Assembly (NCBI GenBank): GCA_965223545.1
Contig: OZ245006.1
Coordinates: forward strand, 5,216,001-5,280,000
Source of the DNA: Planctomycetota bacterium
GTDB lineage: Bacteria > Planctomycetota > UBA1135 > UBA2386
DNA: 64,000 bases
Direction: 5' to 3'
Shown: in pieces, positions 48,008 to 60,871 of the stretch
Position numbering within the stretch: position 1 is the first letter of the stretch
How the letters are laid out: every line of letters begins with the position of its first letter
Position numbers and translations under genes: made by a program
The notes under the pieces: generated by a model
Told to the model about the DNA's origin: nothing
What the model saw: only the letters and a program-made list of their open reading frames with translations
The model's database searches: none

Positions 48008-49401
48008 GGTGCCCGGTGCAGCAGCGGGGCAAAAGCACGCAGCTTGCTCTCGGTCTCGCGCCATTCGCTGGCGGCGCGCGAGCCGGCGACGATGCCCGCG
48101 CCCGCGTACAAGCGCACATCGCGATCTCGCAACAAGGCGCTGCGGATGGCGACCGCCCACTCGGCGCCAGTCGGACCGAGGCAGCCGATCGGGCCACAGT
48201 ACAGGCCGCGGTCGAACCGCTCGCGGCGCTCGATCTGCTCGAAGGCGGCGCCGGTGGGGAGGCCGCACACCGCCGGAGTCGGATGCAACGCGCCGATCAA
48301 GGTCGCGTCTTCCACCGGGCCGGACAGGCGCGCGCGGAACTCGGTGCGCAGGTGTTGCACGTTGGTCAGCGGTACGACGTCGGCGCCCAACCGCTGCACG
48401 CGCTCGGCCCAGTGCTCCAGGACCGAACAGACGTGCTCGCCGACCAGCGCGTGCTCGAGGCCGTCCTTCGTGCTGTTGCGCAGTTGGTCGGCCAGCTCGC
48501 GGTCGGCCTCGGGTGATGCGCCGCGCGGCCGGGTCCCGGCCATCGCCTCGCTCCAGACGTCACGATCGACGCGCAGATACAGGCGCTCGGGCGACGCGCC
48601 GAAGAACGCGTGCGACCCGTCGACCTGCACACAGAACCGGTAGGTCGCCGGGTGCTCCGCCGCCAGCGCGCGCAGCAGGTCGACGGCGCACGGCGCGGCG
48701 TCGGCGCGCAGGCGCCGGGTGCGCGCCAGGACGACCTTGGCCACGCGAGCCCGGTCGATCTCGGCGAGGGTCGCGTCGACCGCTGGGGACCACCACGATT
48801 CGGGTTCCTCTTGCTCCACCCAGATCGGGTGGGGCGTCGGCGCGGTGATCGGCAGCCGGAGCCGCTCGATCGCCCGCAGGGCGGAGTCGATCTCGCTGTG
48901 CCAAGAACGCGCGCCGACCCGGAGGTGCACGGCGAGATGGCAGGCGTGTTTGGCGCGGCGCATCTCGATGCGCGGCAAGTACGCGCGGACCACTCCGAAC
49001 GGCCGCCACTCGTCGCTGGCTTCGCGATCGGTGCGGAACCGGGCGGTGGCCAGGTAGCGCAGATCGGCGTGGCTACCGGCGGTGCCGCCGCGTGGCAGCC
49101 GCCGCAGGCAGTCGAAATCCGCGCCTTCCACCGTCAACGCCGTGCCGCAGCCGGCCAGCTGCAGCTCACCGCTGCGGTTGCACCACGCCAGCCGCACGGG
49201 CTCCGGCTGCGCGGCGAGCCAAGCCAGGGGGTCGGTTGCGCTCAGCGCCCGCTCGACCCGGAGAATCGACGTGCTGGTCGCCGGTGGCGCATCGCGCTGC
49301 GCGGCGACGGCGGCGTGCAACGCGGCCGCGGCGTGTCGCAGAGGCAGCCGCGCGCGGCCCTCGATCGTACTGGTCTTGCTGGCTGCGGCGCTGTCGAACA
49401 C
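48004..49401 (-). CDS. menF: Isochorismate synthase
   Basis: KVVLAR, FFGASPERL, EAMAGT, VQHL, LHPTPAVCG, RGLYCG, VAIRSA, YAGAGIV. Confidence 0.92.
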   Translation of the reverse strand: MFDSAAASKTSTIEGRARLPLRHAAAALHAAVAAQRDAPPATSTSILRVERALSATDPLAWLAAQPEPVRLAWCNRSGELQLAGCGTALTVEGADFDCLRRLPRGGTAGSHADLRYLATARFRTDREASDEWRPFGVVRAYLPRIEMRRAKHACHLAVHLRVGARSWHSEIDSALRAIERLRLPITAPTPHPIWVEQEEPESWWSPAVDATLAEIDRARVAKVVLARTRRLRADAAPCAVDLLRALAAEHPATYRFCVQVDGSHAFFGASPERLYLRVDRDVWSEAMAGTRPRGASPEADRELADQLRNSTKDGLEHALVGEHVCSVLEHWAERVQRLGADVVPLTNVQHLRTEFRARLSGPVEDATLIGALHPTPAVCGLPTGAAFEQIERRERFDRGLYCGPIGCLGPTGAEWAVAIRSALLRDRDVRLYAGAGIVAGSRAASEWRETESKLRAFAPLLHRAP

Positions 49402-49477
49402 CGCGCTAGAGCATAGCCCGTCGGCACCGACTACCGGGGGCCGGTTTCCGTTGCTCTGCCGCGGTACGCGCGGCTGG

Positions 49478-50779
49478 CTACTTGCGCATCTTCTTCAGCT
49501 TGGCGATCGCGCCCTGCACGTTCTTGCCGGCGTTGCCGCCGGAGGCGGCCTGGTCGGCGTCGCCATGGCCTTCACCATCGGCGGCGGCACGAAGGCGCAG
49601 GTTGGCGATCGACTCGGTCAGCGCGCCGATCTCCGTGCGAATGCTCTGCAGCACGCCGGCGGCAACCGGATCGCTGCCGCTGCCGCTGGCGGTCGCGTGC
49701 TGGTCGAGTGCCTGGCCGAGCTCGTGCAGCTCGTTGACGATGGCATCCCGAGTCTGCGCGACGCTCTGGTCGACCTGGGCGACCGTGGCCGACAACTTGG
49801 CGGTCTCCTTGCCGATTTCGGCGGGCAGCTCCTCGCGCAGCTCTTCGACGGCCTTCAGCGAGCGGCGCATCGATTCGCGGATCTCGGCGCTCATCTCGTC
49901 GCCGTTGCTGACCAGTCGCTGGGCGAGGTCGCGCAGCATCGCCTCGATGTGGCGCAACCCCTCGTCCGGCATCGCCGACGCCTGGCCACCCGCCGGCCGC
50001 GACCCCGACTCGCGCACTGCTCCTTCGAGTCGGCTGCTGGATTGTTCGACGATCGTCTTGAGAGCGACCAGCTTGCTCTCGATGTCACCGATCTGCCGGC
50101 CGGACTCGGTCAGCTGGTTGGTGATCTCGAGCAGCGGTTTGCCGTACATCTTGGTCGCCTTCGACAGGTTGGAGATCTTCTCCTCCTGGCGCTGGATGAA
50201 GTGCAAGGCCTGCTGGAGTTCGTCGCCGGAGGCGCTGCCGTTGGCGCGTTGGTGTTCGGCTTCGAGCAGCGTGTCCAGCGCTTCCTGCGCGTGGGACGCG
50301 GTGTTCTCGACGGCGTCGAACAGAGCCGCCACGGTGCGCTGCTGGTGTTCGACGCGGCGCGCCAGCTTGCCGACCATCAGCAGGACGACGCCGAGCACGA
50401 CGATCGACAGCGGCTGGACGCCGGTGTTCTGCAGGACCTGGCGGACTTCCGCGTTTGCTGCGCAGGCAGCCACGGCGACCACGCCGGCAACCGCGATCAG
50501 CGAGCCGAAGATCACCAGTGGGCCGTTGCTCGACACGGAGCGCGGCGGCGTGGTGGCCCGCCGTGTCCGGCGCGGCGGCGGACTGTAGCTCTCTTCCTCG
50601 TAGGTGTCGCCCTCGTAGCCCTCGTCGTCGTCGTGCAGGGCTTCGAGCTCCTCGGCATCGGCTTCGGCGTCATCGAGGTGCCCGTCGTTCGGTCGGCTCA
50701 ACGCGCCGAGTGGGCTGGAAGATTCCCCGTTGGGGTGGTTGCTGCTCTGTTCGCCCTTGATGTGCATTGCCGGCGCCAT
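49478..50779 (-). CDS. Hypothetical membrane protein: acidic disordered N-terminus, two TM helices, long coiled coil
   Basis: D/E-rich stretch, two hydrophobic segments, heptad-like helical C-terminus. Start uncertain (50779 or 50767). Confidence 0.65.
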   Translation of the reverse strand: MAPAMHIKGEQSSNHPNGESSSPLGALSRPNDGHLDDAEADAEELEALHDDDEGYEGDTYEEESYSPPPRRTRRATTPPRSVSSNGPLVIFGSLIAVAGVVAVAACAANAEVRQVLQNTGVQPLSIVVLGVVLLMVGKLARRVEHQQRTVAALFDAVENTASHAQEALDTLLEAEHQRANGSASGDELQQALHFIQRQEEKISNLSKATKMYGKPLLEITNQLTESGRQIGDIESKLVALKTIVEQSSSRLEGAVRESGSRPAGGQASAMPDEGLRHIEAMLRDLAQRLVSNGDEMSAEIRESMRRSLKAVEELREELPAEIGKETAKLSATVAQVDQSVAQTRDAIVNELHELGQALDQHATASGSGSDPVAAGVLQSIRTEIGALTESIANLRLRAAADGEGHGDADQAASGGNAGKNVQGAIAKLKKMRK

Positions 50780-50879
50780 TCGAAAGTCAAGGCTCGTCCC
50801 GTCCCTCATCGGCACGGCGTGGGGCGGCGATGAAGCCCTGTTGCATTCGGCGGCCGGCTCCGGGAAAACCGTCCCCGCG

Positions 50880-52643
50880 ATGTCTCGCAAGATCAAAGGA
50901 GTCGCCGCGGCGCCGGGGATCGCGATCGCTCCGATCGTGCAGTTCCACGCCGATCTCGACTTCATCCCGTCCTACTCGGTGTTGGAAGATCAGACACGGA
51001 GTGAGGTCAAGCGGCTGGAGGACGCGATCACCGCGGCCTCCAAGTCGATCCTGTACCTGCGCCACGAGCTGGCGGCGAGCTTGTCCGACCACGACGCCAA
51101 GATCTACGACGCTCAGCTCGCCTTGCTGCACGACGCCACCCTCAAGGCCGACTGGGTGCGGGCCATCGAGGCCGAGAAGATCAACGTCGAGGCCGCGGTC
51201 CGCCAGGTGATCGGGCGCTATGAGAAGGTGTTCGAGAGCATGGAGGACATCGCCATGCGCGAGCGCGGGGCCGACCTGCGGGACGTCGGCCGGCAGGTGC
51301 TCAGCGCGCTGCTGCGGCGCGACCGGGACGTCTATACCAGCGAGGATCGCGACTACATCTTCGCCGCCGACGAGTTCTTGCCCTCGGACGCCGGCGTGCT
51401 CGACCGCGCCCACGTCAAGGGCATCGTCACCGCGCGCGGCGGCAAGTACTCGCACGGCGCGATCTTGGCCCGCTCGCTCGGCATCCCCGCCCTGCTCGGT
51501 GTGGGCGACGCGCTGAGCAGCACGCACAGCGGTGAGGTCGTCGTGCTCGACGGCGAGTCCGGCCACCTGATCCTCGACCCCGATGACGAGGAGGTCCAGT
51601 CCTACCGGCAGTTGCAGGCCGAGCGGGCGGAGGGCGAGCGCCGGGTCTTCGAGGTTCGGTTCCTCAGCTCCATCACCCCCGACGGAGCCGAGGTGTCGCT
51701 GATGGTCAACGTCGAGAGCGCGCGTGACTTGGATCACGTCGAGCTCAACGCGGTGGCCGGCATCGGCTTGTTCCGCACCGAGTACGCGTTCATGGAGCGC
51801 CGCCAGTTCCCCGGCGAGGAGGAGCAGGCGGAGATGTACCGCGTCATCCTGGAGCGGGCCGAGGGCAAGGCGGTGACCTTTCGCACGCTGGATGTCGGTG
51901 GCGACAAGCCACTCAACTACTTCCGCACACCCGACGAGCGCAACCCGGTGCTCGGGTGGCGGGGGTTGCGCATCAGCATGGATTGGCCGGACATCTTCTA
52001 CACGCAGATCCATGCCATCCTGCGCGCCAGCGCCAGCGGCCGTGCGCGCATCTTGCTGCCGATGGTGACCAATCTGTCCGAGGTCGAGAAGTGCCGTGCG
52101 GTCGTCGAGAACGTGTGCCGCGACCTGGATGACGAGGGCATCGCGTACGACCCGAACATCGAGATCGGCGTGATGGTCGAGGTGCCGGCGTTGGTCTCGA
52201 TCCTCGATCAGGTGCTGCCCCACGTCGATTTCCTGTCGGTGGGGACCAACGATCTGGTGCAGTACCTGCTGGCGGTGGATCGCGACAACCCTCGCGTGGC
52301 GGCGCTCTACGATCCCTACCACCCCGCGGTGCTGCGCGTGTTGGCGAAGATCGCCGAAGGCGCCGCCGCGGCGGACAAGCCGGTGTCGATCTGTGGCGAG
52401 ATCGCGGGCGACCACTACTTCACGCCTTATCTGCTCGGCTTGGGCTTTCGCGAGCTGTCGATGGCGCCGGTGTTCTTGCCAAGAGTGAAGTTGATGGTGC
52501 GGTCGTTCCCGGTGCAGGAGTGCCAGGAGATGGTGCAGGAGGCGCTGTCGCTCAGCAGTGCAGCGAAGGTCCGCGCCCTCGGGCGCGACCGCGCGCGGGA
52601 GCGTTGGAGTCGATTCTTGCAGCGCGACGGCGGCGAGGGTTGA
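50880..52643 (+). CDS. ptsI: Phosphoenolpyruvate-protein phosphotransferase (PTS enzyme I)
   Basis: SHGAILARSLGIP (phospho-His), GLFRTEY, RTLDVGGDK, NPVLGWRGLR, MVEVP, GTNDL, ICGE. Confidence 0.95.
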   Translation: MSRKIKGVAAAPGIAIAPIVQFHADLDFIPSYSVLEDQTRSEVKRLEDAITAASKSILYLRHELAASLSDHDAKIYDAQLALLHDATLKADWVRAIEAEKINVEAAVRQVIGRYEKVFESMEDIAMRERGADLRDVGRQVLSALLRRDRDVYTSEDRDYIFAADEFLPSDAGVLDRAHVKGIVTARGGKYSHGAILARSLGIPALLGVGDALSSTHSGEVVVLDGESGHLILDPDDEEVQSYRQLQAERAEGERRVFEVRFLSSITPDGAEVSLMVNVESARDLDHVELNAVAGIGLFRTEYAFMERRQFPGEEEQAEMYRVILERAEGKAVTFRTLDVGGDKPLNYFRTPDERNPVLGWRGLRISMDWPDIFYTQIHAILRASASGRARILLPMVTNLSEVEKCRAVVENVCRDLDDEGIAYDPNIEIGVMVEVPALVSILDQVLPHVDFLSVGTNDLVQYLLAVDRDNPRVAALYDPYHPAVLRVLAKIAEGAAAADKPVSICGEIAGDHYFTPYLLGLGFRELSMAPVFLPRVKLMVRSFPVQECQEMVQEALSLSSAAKVRALGRDRARERWSRFLQRDGGEG

Positions 52644-52658
52644 GCGGAAGGGGTTGAT

Positions 52659-53357
52659 GTGGCTGCTGGCAAGCGCGGCAACTGGTCGACCGAAGAGCTC
52701 GAACGGTTGGCCGTGCTCTACCCGCGTTGCGCCGAAGACCGGGTCGCGGAGTTGTTGCGGCGATCGGTGGCCAGCGTCCGACGGCGTGCGGTGGCGCTGT
52801 TCGGTGGTCACCGGCGCCGGGGCCCGTGGACCGGGGACGACGACGCGCGACTGCGGCTCGCGTACGGTGTCCACGACCTGGACACCATCGCGCTGATCAC
52901 CGGCCGCACCGAGCGCGAGATCGGCGAGCGTGTGCGGCGGCTGCGTGCCGACCTGCGCCGCGACGAGTGGACCCCGACCGACCTCGCCCGGCTCAAGCAG
53001 CTATACGGATCGAGAACGAACCGCGACCTGGAGGTCTGTCTGTCTCGGCCGGAGGCCGCGATCGAGCGCAAGGCGCGGCAGCTGTGCCTGTCGAAGGACA
53101 AGCGCTTCTTGGCGGCACGAGACGAGAAGCCGGCGGACGGACGCAGTCGAATGCCGCGCTGGTCGGACGCCGACATCGAGACCCTGGTTCAGCTGTACCC
53201 GCGGCTGGACAACCTGGAGCTCGCGCGACGCTTGGGGCGGTCGGTGACGTCGGTCGCCAACAAGGCGAGCCAGCTCCGCTTGAAGAAGAGTCCGGAGCTC
53301 CTCGAGGAGATGGGGCGTCGCAACGTCGCGGTTCGTTATCGGCGACGCAACCGCTGA
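52659..53357 (+). CDS. Basic protein with four Myb/SANT-like W(S/T)xx(E/D)xxxL repeats, putative DNA-binding
   Basis: WSTEELERLAVLY, WTGDDDARLRLAY, WTPTDLARLKQLY, WSDADIETLVQLY, each followed by a helix-turn-helix-like segment. Confidence 0.7.
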   Translation: MAAGKRGNWSTEELERLAVLYPRCAEDRVAELLRRSVASVRRRAVALFGGHRRRGPWTGDDDARLRLAYGVHDLDTIALITGRTEREIGERVRRLRADLRRDEWTPTDLARLKQLYGSRTNRDLEVCLSRPEAAIERKARQLCLSKDKRFLAARDEKPADGRSRMPRWSDADIETLVQLYPRLDNLELARRLGRSVTSVANKASQLRLKKSPELLEEMGRRNVAVRYRRRNR

Positions 53358-53505
53358 ACCGTCGTTGGCAAGGGCGCGAGTGTAGGGCGCCGGTTGCGAA
53401 AGTCGGCACACGGCTCAATTCACGAAGCACCTCTGGCCGACAGAGGGGACATGCCGCCCCGCGCTTGCAGGGTCGGAACACGCAACCTCGCCGCAAGGGG
53501 ATCTG

Positions 53506-53898
53506 ATGGAAATCGTTGGCAAGAAGAGCCAAGGCCTGTCCGTCACCGCGCTCAAGGAAGACAAGACCGTCATCATCTCGTTCAACGACCGGAGTCTGAA
53601 CTTCTACGTGACAGACTCGCTCAAGGAGTCGTTGAAGGAGACGATCAAGGGCAAGATCGAAGAGGGTTACCAGCACTTCGTGCTGAACCTGGAGAGCGTC
53701 AAGATCATCGACTCCTGTGGAGTCGGTCTGATCATCGTCGCCAACAACGTGACTTCCTCGCACAGTGCGAAGCTGTACCTCTGTCACATCAAGCCGTTCA
53801 TCATCAAGATCTTCGACATCATGCGCATCTCGAAGCACTTGGCGATCTTCGAGACCGAAGAGGACGCGCTGGCCGAGGTGAAGAACAACCTCGCCTGA
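53506..53898 (+). CDS. STAS-domain anti-sigma factor antagonist
   Basis: FVLNLESVKIIDSCGVG (phosphorylatable Ser), IFETEEDAL. Confidence 0.9.
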   Translation: MEIVGKKSQGLSVTALKEDKTVIISFNDRSLNFYVTDSLKESLKETIKGKIEEGYQHFVLNLESVKIIDSCGVGLIIVANNVTSSHSAKLYLCHIKPFIIKIFDIMRISKHLAIFETEEDALAEVKNNLA

Positions 53899-53926
53899 CT
53901 CGGAGGCGTTCTCGCGTGGGCCAGGG

Positions 53927-55024
53927 ATGAGCGGCGAGAGCGCGATCCTCGATGGCGTGTTGTGCGTGGACCGCCGGTCGCAGGTCACTCTGATCAATCC
54001 ACCCGCGCAGGCTCTGCTCGGGATCAACGCGCTGGCAGCGTTGGGCCATTCCCTGGCGGATCTGTCCGGTCACCCCGAGCTGATCGGACCGCTGCGCACC
54101 GATCACGACGGTGTCGCGGTGACCAGGGATGAAGTCGCCCGCACTCTCGAGGTGCACCACACCGAGCGGGATCTGCTCTACATCCGGGCGATCTCGACGC
54201 CGATGCGCGACCACGAAGGTGAGTTCGCAGGTGTGATCACCTACCTGCACGACATCACCACCGGCTTCAAGTCGAACCAGCTCAAGAACCAGTACTTGTC
54301 GATCGTCGCGCACGAGCTGCGCACGCCGCTGACCGGGATCAAGACCTTCGCCACCATGCTCGGCAAGAGCTCGCTCGGCGATCTCAACGAGCGGCAAGCC
54401 GAGGCGGCGTCGGCGATTCGAGAGCAGAGTCTCCGGTTGGAGCAGCAGATCGACAAGCTGATCAACCTGGGCTACTTGGACGACAACGACTACGGCCAAG
54501 ATCTGCAGGTGATCGCGGTGCCCGATCTGATCCGCAACGCCGTCGCTCCGTTCGAGGCTCTGGCCGCCGAGGGCGGTGTGCGGCTTGCGGTCGGCGCGGA
54601 CGCGGATGTCGAGATTCGCGCCGATCGGGCCGACCTACGGCGTGCGATCCAGGCGTTCGTCGAGAATGCCCTCAAGTTCACGCCGGACGGCGGCCTGGTG
54701 GAAGTCACCACGACATCGGAGGGCGACGAGGTCCGGATCTCGATTCGGGACGACGGCATCGGCGTCGACCCTCGCTACCAGCGCCGGATCTTCGAGAAGT
54801 TCTTCCAGGTCGAAGACCCGCTGACAAGGCATCACGGTGGCGCCGGCCTGGGGCTGTTCGTCGCGAGCGAGATCATCGCGGCGCACGGCAGCCGCATCGA
54901 GTTGGCCAGCGAGCTCGGGAAAGGCGCAGATTTCTGCTTCCGTCTGCCGACATACAAGGAAGACGCATCAGCGGATGCGGGCGACGCCGCACCGGGCGCC
55001 GCGCCGGAGCAAGTGAGGACCTGA
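53927..55024 (+). CDS. PAS-domain sensor histidine kinase
   Basis: DGVLCVD...INPPAQALLG, AHELRTPLT, ENALKFT, DDGIG, GGAGLGL. Confidence 0.92.
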   Translation: MSGESAILDGVLCVDRRSQVTLINPPAQALLGINALAALGHSLADLSGHPELIGPLRTDHDGVAVTRDEVARTLEVHHTERDLLYIRAISTPMRDHEGEFAGVITYLHDITTGFKSNQLKNQYLSIVAHELRTPLTGIKTFATMLGKSSLGDLNERQAEAASAIREQSLRLEQQIDKLINLGYLDDNDYGQDLQVIAVPDLIRNAVAPFEALAAEGGVRLAVGADADVEIRADRADLRRAIQAFVENALKFTPDGGLVEVTTTSEGDEVRISIRDDGIGVDPRYQRRIFEKFFQVEDPLTRHHGGAGLGLFVASEIIAAHGSRIELASELGKGADFCFRLPTYKEDASADAGDAAPGAAPEQVRT

Positions 55025-55395
55025 TGGAGCGAACGGTACTGATCGTCGAGGACGAGAAGCTGATCATCGTCTCGACCCAGATGGTGCTGGAGGCCGCCGG
55101 CTATCGGGTCGAGTCCGCGACCAATGGCGAAGAAGGGATCGCCAAGGCGCGTGAGCTGAGCCCGGACCTGATTCTGCTCGACATCATGATGCCGGGCATC
55201 GATGGCTGGGAGACGTTGACTCGCCTGAAGAGGGACGGCGAGACCCTGTCGATTCCGGTCATCATCTTCACCGCGCGCGAGCACTCGCGGGGCAACCAGA
55301 AGAGCTCCGAGATGGGGGCGGCGGACTACTTTCGCAAGCCGTTCGAGCCGGACGAGCTGATCGAGCTCGTCGAGAAGCACATCGGCCAGCGCTGA
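55024..55395 (+). CDS. Single-domain response regulator
   Basis: [21 protein letters not shown]. Confidence 0.93.
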   Translation: MERTVLIVEDEKLIIVSTQMVLEAAGYRVESATNGEEGIAKARELSPDLILLDIMMPGIDGWETLTRLKRDGETLSIPVIIFTAREHSRGNQKSSEMGAADYFRKPFEPDELIELVEKHIGQR

Positions 55396-55537
55396 GGCGG
55401 GCGCCCTCGCCGGACCCTTCAATCCGCGCTCCGAGACGCGCGCGCCAGCGCGGGCATCGGGAATCGAGGAGCCGGCGGGCGGAGCGTTCGCCATCGGCCT
55501 GCTAGAATCGCGCGCCCCCAGTCGCCCGATTTCTCCG

Positions 55538-58435
<2,898 letters not shown>

Positions 58436-58447
58436 CAGAGCGCACGC

Positions 58448-58538
58448 AGCCCGGCGCACGTACGGAGCCAGGCTCCGATTCATCACCCGGCGTCGCCGGG
58501 TGATGAATCGGAGCCTGGCTCCGTACGTGCGCCGGGCT
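58448..58538. repeat. Perfect 91-bp palindrome (45-bp arms, 1-nt centre) between convergent genes
   Basis: 58448-58492 is the exact reverse complement of 58494-58538; each arm holds a GGAGC-C(A/T)G-GCTCC mini-hairpin. Confidence 0.95.
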
Positions 58539-59154
58539 TGGAGATGCGGTGCAGGTGGGCGTCGGCGAGGTGGGGAGGGGCGCCGCCGCCGAGCATGGCT
58601 TCGCGGACCTCGTGCTCGTCGGCGCCGCAGTGTAGCGCGCCGCGGGCGTGGGCGATCAGCTGCGGGACCTGGTCGGTCGCCTGCAGGGCGGTGACCGCCA
58701 GGAGTTCGCGTTGGCGGGAGGTGAGACCGGGGCGGGTCAGGATCCTGCCGTAGGCGGCGGTGAGCACGAAGTCGTGCAGCTCGGGGTGGTGCGAGCGCAG
58801 CATTGCGCGCACTGCGGCGCTGCGGTCGCCGTAGATCCGGTCGAAGAGCGCGCGTCCCGCGGTGGGCTGCTGTTCTGCCGGCAGTGCCTCGTTGTCGGCC
58901 GTGCCGGCGCGCGGCCATTCGCGGTCGAGCTCACCGAACGCGGTGACGGCTCTGGGGAAGCCGAAGAACAGCACGGCTTGCAGCAAGGTCTCTTCGAGCA
59001 ACCGGCGCTCGAGCCGTTCCCTGCGGCCGGCGTGGATGCAGTGGGCCAGCAGTTGCCAGTCGGCGGCGGCGATGCTGGCCATCGCCGCCAACAGCACGCG
59101 CTCGGCACGCGACAGGCCGCGTCGCTCCAGCCAGCCGTCGAGGTCGAGCCCCAC
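58483..59154 (-). CDS. Carboxymuconolactone decarboxylase/AhpD-like family protein (two CMD-like halves)
   Basis: EETLLQAVLFFGFPRA; YGRILTRPGLTSRQRELL; HARGALHCGA. Confidence 0.8.
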   Translation of the reverse strand: MGLDLDGWLERRGLSRAERVLLAAMASIAAADWQLLAHCIHAGRRERLERRLLEETLLQAVLFFGFPRAVTAFGELDREWPRAGTADNEALPAEQQPTAGRALFDRIYGDRSAAVRAMLRSHHPELHDFVLTAAYGRILTRPGLTSRQRELLAVTALQATDQVPQLIAHARGALHCGADEHEVREAMLGGGAPPHLADAHLHRISKPGARTEPGSDSSPGDAG

Positions 59155-59156
59155 GG

Positions 59157-59543
59157 TCAGAGGTCGTCCGGCACGGTGTCCGGCACCGCGGTCTCGCGGA
59201 CCAGGACGAGGATCGCGCTGTGCGGCACCACGAGGTATCGCGTGTCTTCGAAGGTGATCTCGATGGCTGCCTTGCGGAAGAACAGCGCGTAGTCACCGGA
59301 CTCCACCTGCATGGGCAAGTAGCGCGCAGTGCTCTGCGCGGTCTTCCACGGCTCGGCGTCGTCTTGCGGCGGCGGCAACGGTTGGCCCGGCCCCATCGCC
59401 ACCACTCTGCCGCCACGGACGTCCTCCTTCTCGACGACCGTTGCCGGCAGCAGCAGCCCGACCTTGGTGCGACCTTCGTCCTCACCGGGTTCGATCAGGA
59501 CACGGTCGCCGACGACCAGGAGCTCTTTGCGGCCTTTTCTCAT
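59157..59543 (-). CDS. GroES-like co-chaperonin (no adjacent groEL)
   Basis: GDRVLI, TKVGLLLP, GRVVAMGPG, VESGDYALF, YLVVPHSAIL. Confidence 0.8.
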   Translation of the reverse strand: MRKGRKELLVVGDRVLIEPGEDEGRTKVGLLLPATVVEKEDVRGGRVVAMGPGQPLPPPQDDAEPWKTAQSTARYLPMQVESGDYALFFRKAAIEITFEDTRYLVVPHSAILVLVRETAVPDTVPDDL

Positions 59544-59600
59544 GTGAGCAGTCGGACAGGAGTTTCACACAATCGGCGGTTGGCTGCCAGCGGGCCCCAC

Positions 59601-60341
59601 TCAGCGCCGGCAGACGAACGCTGTGTCGGTGTACCGGGTCACCTCGAGTTGATCGGCGCAGCGGAGCTCGCGCTCGGTCCATTGATCAACGCGCGGGGTC
59701 AACCGCAGCGCCCGTGCCAGCTGGTCCACCAGCGCGTCCCGCAGTGGCGCGAGTGCGGTGTCCGGCTCGACGCAATCGGCGATGGCGCCGCACGCGGGGG
59801 CCGGTGGAGTGCGCAGAGGGATCGAGCCGTGGTGCAGCACCCGGGGTCGGGGGTGCCGCAGCCGTCGCTGGGCCGAGCCCACGATCTTGGCCCCCGTCGT
59901 GGTCACCAAGTCGAGGCCACCGGGCTGCGCAAAGCACCAGCACTCGGCCGGGCGGGCCCGCGCGGTGCAGGTTCCGCCGTGCGGCAGCATGCGCGTGTCG
60001 ACTCCGATCTCGGCCAGCGCACGAACGACCGCGCCGTGCACGCGCTCGTACGATTCCACCACGGAAGAGCCCAGCAGCTCGGCGTCGGCGGTCAGCGAGA
60101 ACGTCAGCTCCTGATCGTGGTAGATCGCACCGCCGCCGGTGAGGCGGCGCACGATCACGTGGTCGCCGGGCAGCTCGAGGAACGGCGCGGCGGCCTGGAA
60201 GTAGCCCAGCGACAGACCGGCCGGTGCCCAGGAGTACAGGCGCAACGTGGCCGGTGGACCGCACAACAACGCGGCCTCGTCGATCGCCATGTTGCGCGGG
60301 GGCGGCAGCGCCCCATCGCGAACCACCCGCAGTTTGGGCAC
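59601..60341 (-). CDS. Lipoate-protein ligase A / octanoyltransferase (LipM-like) family
   Basis: NMAIDEA, LRLYSW, SLGYFQ, RRLTGGGAIYH, KIVGSAQ, HHGSI. Confidence 0.88.
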   Translation of the reverse strand: MPKLRVVRDGALPPPRNMAIDEAALLCGPPATLRLYSWAPAGLSLGYFQAAAPFLELPGDHVIVRRLTGGGAIYHDQELTFSLTADAELLGSSVVESYERVHGAVVRALAEIGVDTRMLPHGGTCTARARPAECWCFAQPGGLDLVTTTGAKIVGSAQRRLRHPRPRVLHHGSIPLRTPPAPACGAIADCVEPDTALAPLRDALVDQLARALRLTPRVDQWTERELRCADQLEVTRYTDTAFVCRR

Positions 60342-60353
60342 CGCTCGCCGCGG

Positions 60354-60734
60354 CTAGGAGTCTTCTTGCTGGCAGTGTTCCTCGTAGGCCGCCGCGTCCA
60401 CCAACTCCGGCGAGGCCGAGGACACCTTGACCTTGACCATCCACGCCGCATCGAATGGGTCGCTGCCGAGCAGCTCCAGGTTGTCGGTGAGTGCGTCGTT
60501 GGTTTCGACGATCTCGCCGCTGACCGGAGAGATCAGGTCGGACACCGCTTTGACGGACTCGATCTCGCCGAACGGCTCACCGGCGGTGACGGCCGTGCCC
60601 GTGCTCGGCAGGTCCAAGAACACTAGATCGGACAAATGGGCGACGGCGAAGTCGGTGATGCCGAGCGTGGCGAGGTCACCCTCGGTCTTGCACCATTCGT
60701 GACTCTTGAGGTACTGGCGATCGTTCGGACGCAT
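60354..60734 (-). CDS. gcvH: Glycine cleavage H protein
   Basis: SHEW, GITDFA, EIESVKAVSD (lipoyl-Lys), SPVSG. Confidence 0.96.
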   Translation of the reverse strand: MRPNDRQYLKSHEWCKTEGDLATLGITDFAVAHLSDLVFLDLPSTGTAVTAGEPFGEIESVKAVSDLISPVSGEIVETNDALTDNLELLGSDPFDAAWMVKVKVSSASPELVDAAAYEEHCQQEDS

Positions 60735-60871
60735 CGTGGTTGCGGGACCCGCGAGCGGGAGGGTTGGGGTGGCGAGGGGTTTGGGCCGGTCTGTGGAGAC
60801 CGGCCCGCAACACTAGGAGGGAGGTCGCCGCCAGGCAAGCGGCGCGTGCTTGGGCCGCGTCTGCGTGGGCG

